Assembly: GCA_051294905.1 (NCBI GenBank)
Contig: CM119386.1
Span: 7,874,001 to 7,938,000 of the forward strand
Length of the DNA stretch: 64,000 bases
Direction of reading: 5' to 3'
DNA from: Botryllus schlosseri
Taxonomy: Eukaryota
In this document: positions 1-12,000 of the stretch, piece after piece
Layout of the letters: each line of letters begins with the position of its first letter
Numbering within the stretch: position 1 is the first letter of the stretch
Made by a program: the position numbers and the translations under genes
Notes under the pieces: generated by a model
What the model saw: only the letters and a program-made list of their open reading frames with translations
Database searches by the model: none
Told to the model about the DNA's origin: nothing

Positions 1-99
1 AATTTGGCGATACAGTGATTTCATGACGATATCCACAACCGGTCTTTTTGCGGTGTGAACGACCAATGAGATGATGACTGATGTATTGGTACTTATAAA

Positions 100-859
100 T
101 CATATGTTGCCCGGCGGATTGTGAGAGGTCAACATAACATAAATAACTAGATTAGCAATATCTTATGCTCCACGCAGGAATATGAGTGGTATCACAGAAC
201 GTGAACAGAGTCAACTGACTCCCTGCGTCACACTTCAAGTCAAATTGGAGTCATTTAACGACCGATATTTGGTGTCTTGTCAACACCTCAGGACCGCGAA
301 TACCCAGAAACACCCCTTGTACTCTGGTCACGGTTTTGCAAGACGGGCGAGGAACAATCTTACCTATACATAAGGTACCAAACATTTATTGAATGAGTCC
401 TACAGAATCAGAATGATACATCCATTGATATGTTATAGTAAGATCTCATGATTGTTTTCATTGCCAATAGGTCGTGCAGGCGGTGTTTTTGTAGAGACGG
501 GACGTGCTGACCGTAATTCCCCTCGCCCATGTTCACAAGTACCTGATTCATTCAGTCGTTTAGGAGTATCAGATAAGATGCGCGAGTAATGATCGCGGTG
601 TAGATAATAAACATACCTCAGTCTTTGTATTGATGCCGTTGGGGGTTGACCTGACTTCGGATGGAACCGCAATATTTGCAACTGCCGTTTGTCCATTGCA
701 TGGCGCGATATGAGATTCATCACGATTGCTGTTCACTGGTCGCAATGGCGACAGCAGACTCTCGTCAGAGGAGGTTGGCGATGACGAAGAGTCGGCGTAC
801 TTCGGCAAGGTTAGTGACGTCAGAGAAGACGTCATTAGGTTAGGATATTGGGCAAGCAT
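100..859 (-). pseudogene. 5' part of a protein-kinase-like gene (Ser-rich N-terminus plus N-lobe), probably disrupted; continues beyond window start
   Basis: ATG at 859. Exon 859-617 ends at GAG|gtatgt; a 74-nt intron ends at cag; exon 542-420 reads VLVNMGEGNYGQHVPSLQKHRLHDLLAMKTIMRSYYNISMD (GxGxxG loop followed by AMK, like PKA GTGSFG...YAMK). After the next acceptor (363) the in-phase frame stops. An EVLTRHQISVVK*L (HPNIVKL-like) segment lies in another frame with a stop. Confidence 0.4.
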
Positions 860-2160
860 GTCGATGAACCGCGATATACTTTATGATTGTGATAGATAGC
901 AACTTCCTGTGTACTAATTCATAGAATATATATATGTCTATATATATTATATACAACGTTTCTGAACACAATGTAGCGATGAGTTTGATTTGCTCGCTAA
1001 TTCAATCAACCGGTATCAGCACCGGTTCCGCATTTGGAAACAACTCTGTCTACATTGCAGACTCGGATAATCGCTGATTTTGGATAACATGTTCGATAGT
1101 TAGTCTTCGCTTTTGATGTAGGCTTAAAATATATTTCCACCGGCAACACCCACTTAGTAAACCCCTCATTCAGTGTATTAGCACTGTCCGCAGCGTCACA
1201 TTCATAAAAACAATGCCTTCCGTCTACTATCCTGGTCATTCAACGGCTCGCTCACGATAGCGGAACCCGAAATATCTCAACGTAGCTCATTTCTGGCACC
1301 CACTCAATTTTAGAGAAGTTGAGCCCAACACACATACCTGCACGTAGTGGGAGAATTGCGAAATGGGGAAAGGGAAAAAATGTGTGAGAGGTTGTATGCC
1401 CCATTATCTTCAGCTCGTAATTACGGCGAACCCGTATAGGCTTTTGCATGGTTGAATAGCCTGGGTTAGTCGGTACAATCTCAGTAAGTAAACCCCTCCA
1501 ACTTACTATTTGCAAGGTTAAATGACTGTAATCCTACCCTTCTCAGCTCAACCCCTCTTTAAATTTTTACGGTTGATTTCGTTCGGAAAATGTTCATGGG
1601 GGAAAAAGCGAAAAAATGGACCAAAGGGGTAAACAGCGGAAAACTACCGACGGAGGCTATATGCTGCAAAGTTTGATTTAGGAGGGTAATCAATTTTTGT
1701 TTTAGGACAAATGAGATACCTTCATTGTTTACTACAGCTGATGACCATATACTACAGAGATGCCATTCGTCCTTGTGTTTTTTCAGCTACTATTGATCTT
1801 CCAAATTTGTTTTGATTCTGCTTTATTGAAGCGCGCCGAAAACCTATCCTTTGGAAGAGCGCCCTCGCCAAAATTATACGACTAATATGATGTCCCCTCG
1901 GAAGAGAGACTGATGTCTTGCTTGGTTGTCCATGCGTTTTTGAATCAGTCAAGCAAGTTCCATACATATAGTATATGAGACTATCTACAAGAACTATTTC
2001 CAGTAGAAGCGCAGATCTGTCGCACGAACCATCGCTAGTGACCCTGTAGATTAGTGTTCTGTGTACAATGTACATGAACAGATTGTACAGTGTACACTGT
2101 ACAGTGTTTCGCTGACGCCCTTCCAACCGGGTTTTGTATCAAGATATGGAACGACGTGTT

Positions 2161-2330
2161 AATCAATCAATCAAGTTTATTAATATTTTCATCGTTTCAA
2201 AACATCACAGGATTGCGATACAATGAAAAGATAGGAAGGTGTCGAAACAACTCGGAGTAGCCATTAAGATCAGAGACCCACCTTAGCCTAGGCGAAGTAA
2301 ATAAGAGGCATGCATACACTGAATGAAAAG
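2161..2330 (-). mobile_element. Possible 3' end of a non-LTR retroelement (CR1/L2-like tail)
   Basis: Minus strand ends in AATAAAC followed by (TTGA)n (plus 2161-2181 aatcaatcaatcaagtttatt). No RT ORF visible. Confidence 0.3.
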
Positions 2331-2722
2331 TAATGCAGATATTGGAGATATGATATATGATATATTGGAGATATGATTTGACGAGACCTATGTTATATTA
2401 TGAAGGAGCTCACTATATGCAGACGGTAGCATTATGGAAATCGCGAATACGACCTTCATGTTCTGATATCGCTGTCATTGGTCGCGGAGTTGCAGATCAA
2501 CACGAGGATTTCGGCATTAAGGTATAGCAAAGAAATATGGTGACTTATGAAATCGACATATCCCTACGAGACCGGTTCTGTTACGACGAATACCGACCGA
2601 TGCATGCTGCAAGTAGCAAGAGCGATGTCAATGTATGAACAGCTGAGCATATTGAGCAATGCTTATTGAGCATTGAGCATTGATCAGTTACGGTGATTGC
2701 ATTTCTTCAGCATGGTTTCAAT

Positions 2723-3096
2723 CAGTGGTGGCTTTTGGGGTGGGCGAGGTGGGCGGTCGCCCGGGGCCCCCCTGGTCGAAAGGCCCCCCTATTTAGATTT
2801 TGGGCTTTTTTCAAAGATAATGACGAATAAACATGGAAATCCATGTACCAAGCAATAATAGATTCCGTACAGATGTGTCAATCATCATCAAATCACTGCA
2901 TTAGTTAGAAAAGTCCCGTATTCCGATAATCATCACGTCTCTGCATGCGGTAGAATTACTTCGTTTTGATGTAGTCTATCCTTGCACACATGCAAAATAG
3001 ACATGGCCAAATCCCCAGAAGTTACGGATAGATACTTATAGGGGGCCCTCCGGTAAGTCTCGCCCAGGGCCCCCTCCGTTCGTAGGGCCACCACTG
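2723..3096. mobile_element. Non-autonomous hAT-type MITE
   Basis: TIRs cagtggtggc / gccaccactg; perfect 8-bp TSD GTTTCAAT at 2715-2722 and 3097-3104; GC-rich gggcccc subterminal motifs. Confidence 0.85.
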
Positions 3097-4079
3097 GTTT
3101 CAATAATGGGAATCCCCATGATAGTCTAATAGTGGGTAGGGACCTACAATAGTTGCAAACTTACGTGCATAATGCAGCCCTGAACGCCACCAAGATACCC
3201 CAAATAGGTCAGTTATCTACTGTTCTATTGACTCCTTGCAATCACTACTGAGGTAATCCTCTTTTAAAAGCTGATCATCCTCTGGACTACATTCTCTTTT
3301 GAAACTAAAAGCTTAGCAAAATATTTCATCATACTCAATGATGATTTAAACCTAGAAGAATTCCCCACGTCTAAGATTTCTATCTAAACACATTCAGTCT
3401 ACCTACTAGTATCATGCGGTATCACCTAGTAATATATCTATATGAGTAATAGCGGTGCTGAGTCTCTAGTTATCCTAGTTGTCTCATCGCCAATTGTTCA
3501 ACTCTATTGTGAGAGGTAGCGATGAAAACAAGTGTGCCGTAATTTGGGGCAAACCAGGCTTAGTATAGTAATCCACTTGTAGGACAGGATTTCATCGCAA
3601 CACGGTAGATGCCTTCTTGGTATTGGATATAGGCTGTTTAGTGTTTACGAATAATAAAACTTCCGAATCCTTACAGAACTGGAAATCTACCGACAGGATG
3701 TTTGTCAACTTAGGCCACTAGGTGCATGTTACTACTTGGTGTAATTTCCTCCATCATATCCCACCTTATAACTGTACTATATTGCCCCCAGATCAGTTTA
3801 TTAACAATATTACCACATTACTACACCACACGAATGACACGATTATGATACAATGAAGACATGGAATAGAGTCGAAACGATTAGAACTAGTCTCTCCATC
3901 AAACACCAACGTTGCCCTATATATATAATGGTAAATGAAGAAAATGCACATATGAGACATGTACGTACAGGTGTACACCGAATAAAACGTTACACATCTT
4001 TAAAATGATGTAACCCAATCCTAGTCCAGGTCGGTGCTGTTGAGCTGTTGGTATCCAATGGACTCTGGGTTCACCGACA

Positions 4080-4190
4080 TACATTGTATAGAGACGAGTG
4101 TACCCGTTTTATGCTGGCATGATCCGACTAGTTGACCTTCAAGGTCGTATCCATCATTTCTGTCTGATACCGAATACTGAGCAGTGTGCA
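4080..4190 (-). pseudogene. Decayed sushi/CCP-like fragment
   Basis: Frame reads TAQYSVSDRNDGYDLEGQLVGSCQHKTGTLVSIQC, matching the Y.C..GY.L.G....C...G.W pattern but with the first Cys and the Trp lost. Confidence 0.35.
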
Positions 4191-4281
4191 TGTGCATTGT
4201 GAAATTGTGCATGCATATATTCTGTATATCACCATCATTGTCGTCTGTTTATTGTGTATTTTGGTTGGATGAAAAATAAAG

Positions 4282-4284
<3 letters not shown>

Positions 4285-4334
<50 letters not shown>
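4285..4334. repeat. (CT)25 microsatellite
   Basis: Perfect dinucleotide run. Confidence 0.98.
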
Positions 4335-4336
<2 letters not shown>

Positions 4337-4791
4337 CATAGAAACTATCCGATCTGATGCGGTCATGTAACAAAGGAGTTGCGATTCGCGTGGAGTTTAC
4401 GGCTAGTCGGCAACGCGCTTCAAACCCAAACGAGTATATGCGCTATAATGGACGACTTTATTAGTTTATGGTAGCAAGCAGGATCGCAAAATCCAAGGGT
4501 AATCGAAGATGGTAATCCATAAATTGAAAGAAATCGGACGCGCTACGCTAAGTTGCATTTTGCGCTTTGACTTATTATATTCGTTATTATTCACGGATAT
4601 ATGGCCGGAATAAACGTATGCTTGACTCTCCTCGCCGAAAGCCTCGAAAAGGTGGAAAACCACAAAGTTCGTTGCAAGTGTGAGATTTTTCGGAGCGTCC
4701 AATCGCTGTCGGTTTGGCGGAGCTTCAGGCGAATAGCATAGTTGAGAGTCTTAATCGATTACGTCGGAATATTTGAGACTACGGAGACATC

Positions 4792-5055
4792 GTTGTTGTT
4801 GGTTAAGGGGTATTCATGGTGCTTGTCGACTACTATGGCCATTTTCTTCATTTTTATTCTGTAGCTGCCGACTTGTAGCAAGGCCCACTTCTAGGATTTT
4901 TCTGTGACACCGCTTACGAAAATGAGATAGCGAGGAGGAGTCTGGATAAACCTCGAACACTTAAGTAGGAATTCTGGGGTCGACCTCCGTCGGACTCGAA
5001 CCCGCAACCCATTGGTATTGCAGCTGTGGATTATACCACTATGCTATCTCGCCAC
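4792..5055 (-). mobile_element. tRNA-derived SINE, copy 1
   Basis: Minus-strand head GTGGCGAGATAGCATAGTGGTATAA...GGGTTCGAGTCCG has A and B boxes; (AAC)n-like tail; similar along its length to 29757-30012. Confidence 0.8.
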
Positions 5056-5192
5056 AATGCCGAGACATCTTGATCGTTTGCGTAATTTTTACGGCTGTAT
5101 TTGGGCAGGTAGCCTACTCATGGTCCATGGGTCAAAGATTTGATGCAGCCGAATTCTGAGTAGCATAACCGCGAAAGTGGGGAAGTGATGAC

Positions 5193-6015
5193 TAGGGCGA
5201 TTTTGACCAATAAAATCAAAATTCTGACTTTTTGTTACCTACAAAAATTAATTTTGACCAAATTTTCGCACATAATGTTAAAATTGTATTATACTTATCT
5301 TCAGTTCTGGTTGGAATTGTCTGTCCTTACGAAGTAGTTTGGCATGAGAAAAGCTTTTGACTTGAAAACTGACAAAATCTTTACATGAAAAAACTAGTAT
5401 TTAACGAATTCTGGCCCTACGAAGAATTCCAGTAGTTACATCACGTTTATGGTAGAAATAATTAAAATTTGTTGTAGTGCAACGAAAGATACTTTCCTAC
5501 ATTCTCGGGTAGAAAGTGTCTGTCCTTACTAAGTAGCTTGCCAAGAATGGAGAAAGAAAGTTCAACAGCAGCAGTTATTGGCTGACAACACTCAAGTTGT
5601 GCGCACACTGCTGGGGACACACCGTGTTGCTTCATTCTGACACTGTTGTCTATATCACAATTTTTCATCATGCGCTTCTTGATATAAGAACCATGCAATG
5701 CCCAAGCAGTCTTGCTTCAGTTAGGACATTGCGGTACGTTGACCATAATACCATGACAACATATTTGTTTCATTTGACGGTTTATGATTCACGATTAGCA
5801 GACAATGGGCCGTCTACAACGGTAGGCCTATAAAGTAGGCTACAAGCAGTAAAATATCAAATGATAAGTTACCTACAATGCAAAATGCACGATACAAACG
5901 AAATGCACAGGTCAAAAAAATTTTGACTTTGTAAACAACTTTGACAAATTTTGACCTGACGTTACAATTTTGACAAAATTTTGACTTATTTTGACATGCC
6001 AAAAAAATCCCCCTT
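5193..6015. mobile_element. Old non-autonomous hAT-like element
   Basis: Termini tagggcgatttt / aaaatccccctt (10/12 inverted match); flanks gtgatgac / ctgatgac (7/8 TSD); many ttttgac subterminal repeats; internal direct repeat at ~5319 and ~5517. Confidence 0.55.
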
Positions 6016-6989
6016 CTGATGACTAAAGAAATGTCATCACTGTCACCCAGTCCCAATCACGACGCAATTGTCTTCTTGTCTCGTAGAAACCCTCATTCAA
6101 AATATCGTGTAACTATGTAAGGTTGGTCACGGTAATCAATGAAATTAACACAAATATGCACACAAGTAAAAAATAAGGACAAATCTTACAAAAAGAGACG
6201 GTATGACAACCCTGCCCATACATATACATTACATATAAAATATACAATATACATGCACTTGATGGCGGCAACTTCTCCAGCCGGCGGGTTTGATATGTGA
6301 AATTGAAGTAGGCCTACCTACTTGGCGGGACGGAATACTGAATCGATAAATTGATCGTGTGTTTCTCTACGCATAAAAGTAATAATTCATATTTATTGTA
6401 AACTCTAAGTTTAAATCATAGAGAGCTTATTGAAATTATTAACGTAATATACCTCAATAGCTGTTGAAGTCAATGAGACAAATGTGGTCGATCGAGATTG
6501 TCAAAAAGTTCTTTGAACTCTGGTTGCATGTCGGACGAAGAAAGGCCAATGCTGAAACTATCCTTAAAATATCCCTATACATTGTCCCTTACAAGCTCTG
6601 TCCCTAATTTTTTGTTTCATTTTCAGTAGTCACCACAGGCCACAATAGCCACACGGGTCATCACCAGGCCGATTTTTTTAGAACCGGCTTCCGAAATTTC
6701 GCGGTTGGGGGTCCACGGAACACAAAAAAAGATCTACGGGTCCGAGCTAGCAAACAGGTTGAGAAAACCTGCTCTAGTGGTTTTGTTCGTACGTCATCTA
6801 CATCGCACTGTTCATTTTGTCCGCTAGTAATTTCCAGTGATGTGTTACATGCCTATAGCTCGACGTGGAATGTGACAGATTCTTACTTTTGTGAATGAGC
6901 GAAAATTTGGGGTTCCTGAAAGCTGTGCAGATTAGTGTAAGGCAAGGTATACAAGTCACGAGGTTCCAGGACACAAGTTAATCTCACTT

Positions 6990-7370
6990 TTGTAGCTTTG
7001 ACTCGAGTCAAGTCGAGTCATTTTCAATTCACCGCGGAATCAAGTCCAAGTCCAAGTTAGTGAGTAGATGGTCGAGTCCGAGTCATAGTGTATAGTGACT
7101 CGAGTACGAATCCAAGTCATTGTGTACACTGTTCAGTTTTGAGTTCAATCCGGTTCAATCCACTTTTTTCAACTCTGCTCGAGTGATAAAGAATGGCTCG
7201 CATTCATAATATCGCAATTTTCGTAAGTCCCTACAGTTTCTGGCCATATTTTCCAAGGACCGGGACTGATAGACGAAATACCAATAATGCCGTGACTTTA
7301 CTATTCTTCGAAGCTACAATAAATTGTCTTGGCCGTCCAATAGTCTCGAGTCATATGACTTGGTTTGAGT
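6990..7370. mobile_element. GACTCGAGTC-repeat DNA element, truncated copy inverted relative to 7371-7743
   Basis: 7160-7372 is the reverse complement (diverged) of 7492-7710; multiple gactcgagtc palindromic motifs. Confidence 0.7.
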
Positions 7371-7743
7371 CAGGGTTGTAATGACTTTTTTGGTGACTCG
7401 ACTTGACTCGAATAATTTATTCAAATGTGTAAAATGACTCGACTCGAGTCAATTTTTGTATTGGCTCGACTTGTACTCGAGTCATTGTGCATGACTCGAA
7501 CCAAGTCACATGACTCGAGACTAGGACGGTAAAGACAGACATTTAATTGTAATTTCGAATAATATTAAAGTCATCACATTATTGGTAATTCGTCTATCAG
7601 TCCTGATACTTGGAAAATAGGGCCAGAAACTGTTCAAACTGTGGAAAATTACTATATTATGAATGCGAGCCACTCTATATCACTCGAGCATAGAGTTGAA
7701 AAAGTGGGTTGAAAAAATCGTGACTCGAGTCAATACAAACCTG
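7371..7743. mobile_element. GACTCGAGTC-repeat MITE (hAT-like TIRs)
   Basis: TIRs cagggttgta / tacaaacctg (9/10); no matching TSD found. Confidence 0.7.
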
Positions 7744-7777
7744 GTGTAAGGGTTCCTCAGGTTATTAAAGGCCAAGA

Positions 7778-7791
7778 ACAGCAGATGGCGC
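7778..7791 (+). promoter_or_regulatory. CTCF-like motif
   Basis: ACAGCAGATGGCGC matches CCASYAGRKGGCRS at 13/14 positions. Motif only, no binding data. Confidence 0.35.
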
Positions 7792-8511
7792 TGATTCTAT
7801 CACGTGCTTGTGAAGCCTATTTCGCCGTTAATAGGTAGTATCAATCGGTCGGTAATGAAGTTTCGTACTGTATACAGTAGTCACAGTGCCATTTGAGCAT
7901 ATTGCGTGTCGTATTCTGATTTGAGCCCATATACACCTGGATCGGGGTAACGCCTGGATATACACAGGCTATATCGGAAGTAATGTTGTATTGCTTGAAA
8001 TAAAAATGCATCGAAAATAATTCATTTCTTAAATACAAAAACATTAACGCTGGAAATGTTCATCGATGGAAGGGAATTCGTTGTACATCAGAAATAGATG
8101 TAGCAGTAGGCTAAGGCTACTGATGTTGTTTAGTGATCATAAATGCGTAGCACTGTACAACCGGAATGCGCCTATAGTTACTAGACAGCCCCACCGCAAA
8201 TGCCGGCCGCTATTCTGATGTCACATAATACGACGAAAGCTTGCAGCTGTTTTTTGAGAATCAATAGTCATTGAAACTAATTTTTCGATGGCCTGATAGT
8301 GACGTAATAATTCAGTTACGAGTAGTTGTAGTTCCAGATGACTGATTCAAATAAAAACGTCAGCACCCGAGCATATACGAATCGTCGAAGTATATCGCTA
8401 TTGATGGGGGTGGAAACAAATTCCAATGGCGTTGGGAAACTACGAAAAGAGAATCTCTGCCCTCAACGGTTGTATAGGTATCCCAGTGACCAGTGTGCAT
8501 TATAAGTCTAG

Positions 8512-8805
8512 TTAGAATATGCGAACAATGATAAAGTGTCCGTCTTGAATCCTGTATGATTTCAAAGTCCTATTCTGAGACAACCGATAGCGGGTCGTAT
8601 AAAACTGTTGCTTCCACTCGGGATAGGCGGGGAAAATATTCTGGATGTCGATCTTGACAGATTTTACTGTGGAGTTGATATCCACTGGCAGTTCATGGAT
8701 GGTGTATTCCAACTTGTCGTTACGCTCGACATAGATGAAAAAGCGGACTGTGATTATCCATGATCTGGGATCTGTAGAAGTAGTGGTAATACAATGTAAG
8801 CTCAT
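8512..8805 (-). CDS. Small ubiquitin-like domain protein (~97 aa, no C-terminal di-Gly)
   Basis: Uninterrupted ORF from ATG 8805. ELPVDINSTVKSVKIDIQNIFPAYPEWKQQFYTTRYRLSQNRTLKSYRIQDGHFIIVRIF aligns by eye with ubiquitin (sdTIenVKakIq...Q.L...LedgrTLsdYnIq). Confidence 0.65.
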   Translation of the reverse strand: MSLHCITTTSTDPRSWIITVRFFIYVERNDKLEYTIHELPVDINSTVKSVKIDIQNIFPAYPEWKQQFYTTRYRLSQNRTLKSYRIQDGHFIIVRIF

Positions 8806-9065
8806 GCGTAATCTATATATCTGATATTGCAACTAGTAACCCTTGTTGAATACGAATGATCATATTCTCATGTCACTGAATCGTGATATATTAATTCCCA
8901 TATTTTCAATTAGGCCTATATTATTATCTCGCAAGTCACGCTGGGTAACATAAAATGGAAATCACTTGCCTGGTGTTTAGCTAATAGCTATGATGCATGT
9001 TATATGTATAATACCGTACCATCTGGACATGTCAACTAGTTGACCCTAGGGTAACAATTACCAGA

Positions 9066-12000
9066 CTATTTACTGGGTGTTTGTTCACCTTTCACGCCGC
9101 TCTTATACGTCTCCGTCTTCTGTGAGATCCATGGTACATATCTGGTGACGTTCATAAAATATCCGGGAAAGACGAAGCCGTCGCTGTTCTCATTCGCGCA
9201 ACCCCATCCCCAACTCACAAGTCCGGTTAATATCCAATATTCGTCTCCGGAACGTGACGTCACCTAAAGCAATATTGAATATGGGTATCATACAAAGCTC
9301 GAAGTGTTTCACAACTAAATATTCTGTTTGATGCGGCATTTTACATTGTGCATTTCCTGTTCTCGAAGCAAATATCGCGTTGCCATTTTGTCCAATATTG
9401 TTTATCTCATGTGTATACTTGTGATGCAGTGTCAAGATGCAAGGTGAAGACTACACCAGTCTTTGGTATGCTAAATCATTACCTTTTGCACCAGTGGTCC
9501 GCCGCTGTCTCCCCGACAAGCATCCTGCATGTTGTCCGGATCGCTGCCCCGTGCACAAATCATATTATCGGTGAATTTTGGTTCCTCATACTCAGTGTTA
9601 ATCAGTTTTACACCTTTAGCGCATCTACAAAAAAAGATAAAATAATCTAGGGTTACCATATTTTGGAAATCTGAAAATAACACTTTTCAAAATTTCCCTA
9701 CTTGCAAAACAGGAGAAAAATCCTGAAAAATGGTAAATTTTTCACACTTCGTGGTCGTTAGACTAAAATAAAAGTCAACTTTCCGGCCTAGCTCCCAAAA
9801 TACCCGCCGGGGCGTTACTTCAGTGCTGATGTACTGTATCTAAGTCTATTTTGCCATATATTTAACCAAAATTCTCAAAAAGAGGACAAAATCTCAAAAA
9901 AGAGAACATTTGGGCGTCCTCCGAGGACACTTTCAGAAAAGTCAGTATTCAGAAACCCGTGTGGAATCCCCATAATCATACGTGTATAGCTTACATATTG
10001 TTTGGCAGCACTTGTACCGTTCCCTGTCGTAGCACTGTTGACCATTTCACCAAGAAATTAGGTTTTTGATCAATCGGGTCCATTCCTCCGAATCCAGTTG
10101 TAACAGCTGGTGTTTTGAAGATATTGTTACCTCGTGTTTCTGCAATTTCAAGTAACAGCGTCAACTTAAGTTACTGACAAAGTATCGCTGTGAATATCAG
10201 GGTTCCATGTTCTATGCGGAATGAAATATACTCCACAAAACAAACTAGATATTTACAGCGACTTGAGTGGTTCTGTGCTGATGCAGTTCAAATTTAATCC
10301 AACTATTTCTCACCACATCTATTCTCATGGTATTCCGATTCACTAGTTGCATTTGAAGAGCTGTAAGCCCATTCATTAATGCAGGGAAGACAAACTGGAC
10401 GGACAAATTTCGTGTACGTGAACCTGTAAGACGGTAGCAACGGGCTCGGCTGGAATAGTCCTTGCTGTCCGCTTACCATTCTTGCCCCCACTTGAATCTG
10501 AAAAGGATACATGTATTATGCTGTCTGATTTATACATTTTCGTTTATACATTTTCGTGATGCACACTGTAAGGGATTATGACCTTCGCTGCAGATTCGTT
10601 TACAACTTTGGTTCTTAACCGTTCCGGCTTCTACAGCGCCCCTTTTCAAATATTGTCATAATATTGCGCCCCCGACATTGAATAGTATACAATACATAAT
10701 CACTACTCGACTAATCAACGGTATATAATTTGCGGTAGTTTTCGGACTAAAATTAGGTTGACATATCAGCCTTCGGGTTCGAAGCCGAAAACTGGGGATT
10801 ACGTGTAGCACGTTCCTCCCAATATAGATAGAATCGTAGACTTCATAGTTTGTCATTATCTAATGTTGCAGCCCAATCACTCACCAAACAGATGTCGTTG
10901 TCATTGCTAGGTTTATGGAATTGTGAGTGTCGTATGACTCTGCTCGGTCTGTAAACCTGGATTTCAGGATCGAGTCGATCGTAAGATTCCGGGAGCTCCG
11001 TGATACCTAAAAACAGAAAATATTGGGAGTGGCGAATTACTAACTCCCTGATCTGACTTTTTCAAATATATTACCGGCTACTAATAAGATGCTGTGGTCC
11101 AAGAAATAGCGTTTCTTCCAAGACGAGCCGAGGAATAAGTGTGCGGCAGTCAATACCCAACGTTCGTTAATTATGGTCCCAGCTCCGTGTAATGCCTTAA
11201 AACTCTGAAAAGAGATTGAACGTACAGTCTATATGCAGTGCATCTAGTGGATACTATTTGTTGCCTTGGTCCTATGCATATACAAATACAACCTTCACAT
11301 AACGAATCCATTGATACAGAAACATTTTCTGCCTTACAACCCCACATCGTGGTGTATGCCAATCTAACCACCAATATATTGGCAAGTATAGCCTACTTTA
11401 TCGATAATTCCACCTCTGCATTCACAAGCTAAATATTTTCTTGGCAAGGAGAGTATCGAATCAAGTATATGTCTGACCACTCACTCGACGACCACTCACT
11501 TCAGAGACTTTGTTATCCCGATTTTCTATCAAGAGAACATGCCAAGGCCACATCTTTACGGTTGTTTTGGTTCCTCGAACCACTTTCTTCACAATGATTT
11601 TTTCTTCTGGCTTTTCTACCAAACCGCACGTAGATACGGCTAATAAAAACGAAAATAAAATCATTGTCAATCGAATAGCAACACTAAATGAGAATAAGCT
11701 GACATAAGGCTATCGAACTTGGACTGGACCAGAATGGGCAATCCGAAAATGCCACCAATCGAAGCATAAATGTCGCTTTCGTGTTCTACACGTTAATATA
11801 GGTGGTTCGCGCTCACAAGAGAACAGCGAAAGATTCGTCACTGTGGTGCTTTTTGAAAAGACACGAGGCTACCATAGTCCTGTGCTACTTTCACTTTCAG
11901 ATTGTATGAGATGTTTGACATGCCTCATCTATAGGTTTGGGATATATGGTGTTCTGAATTAGGAATTCGAGATTAAGGCATTGTAAGTCGCAGATACCTT

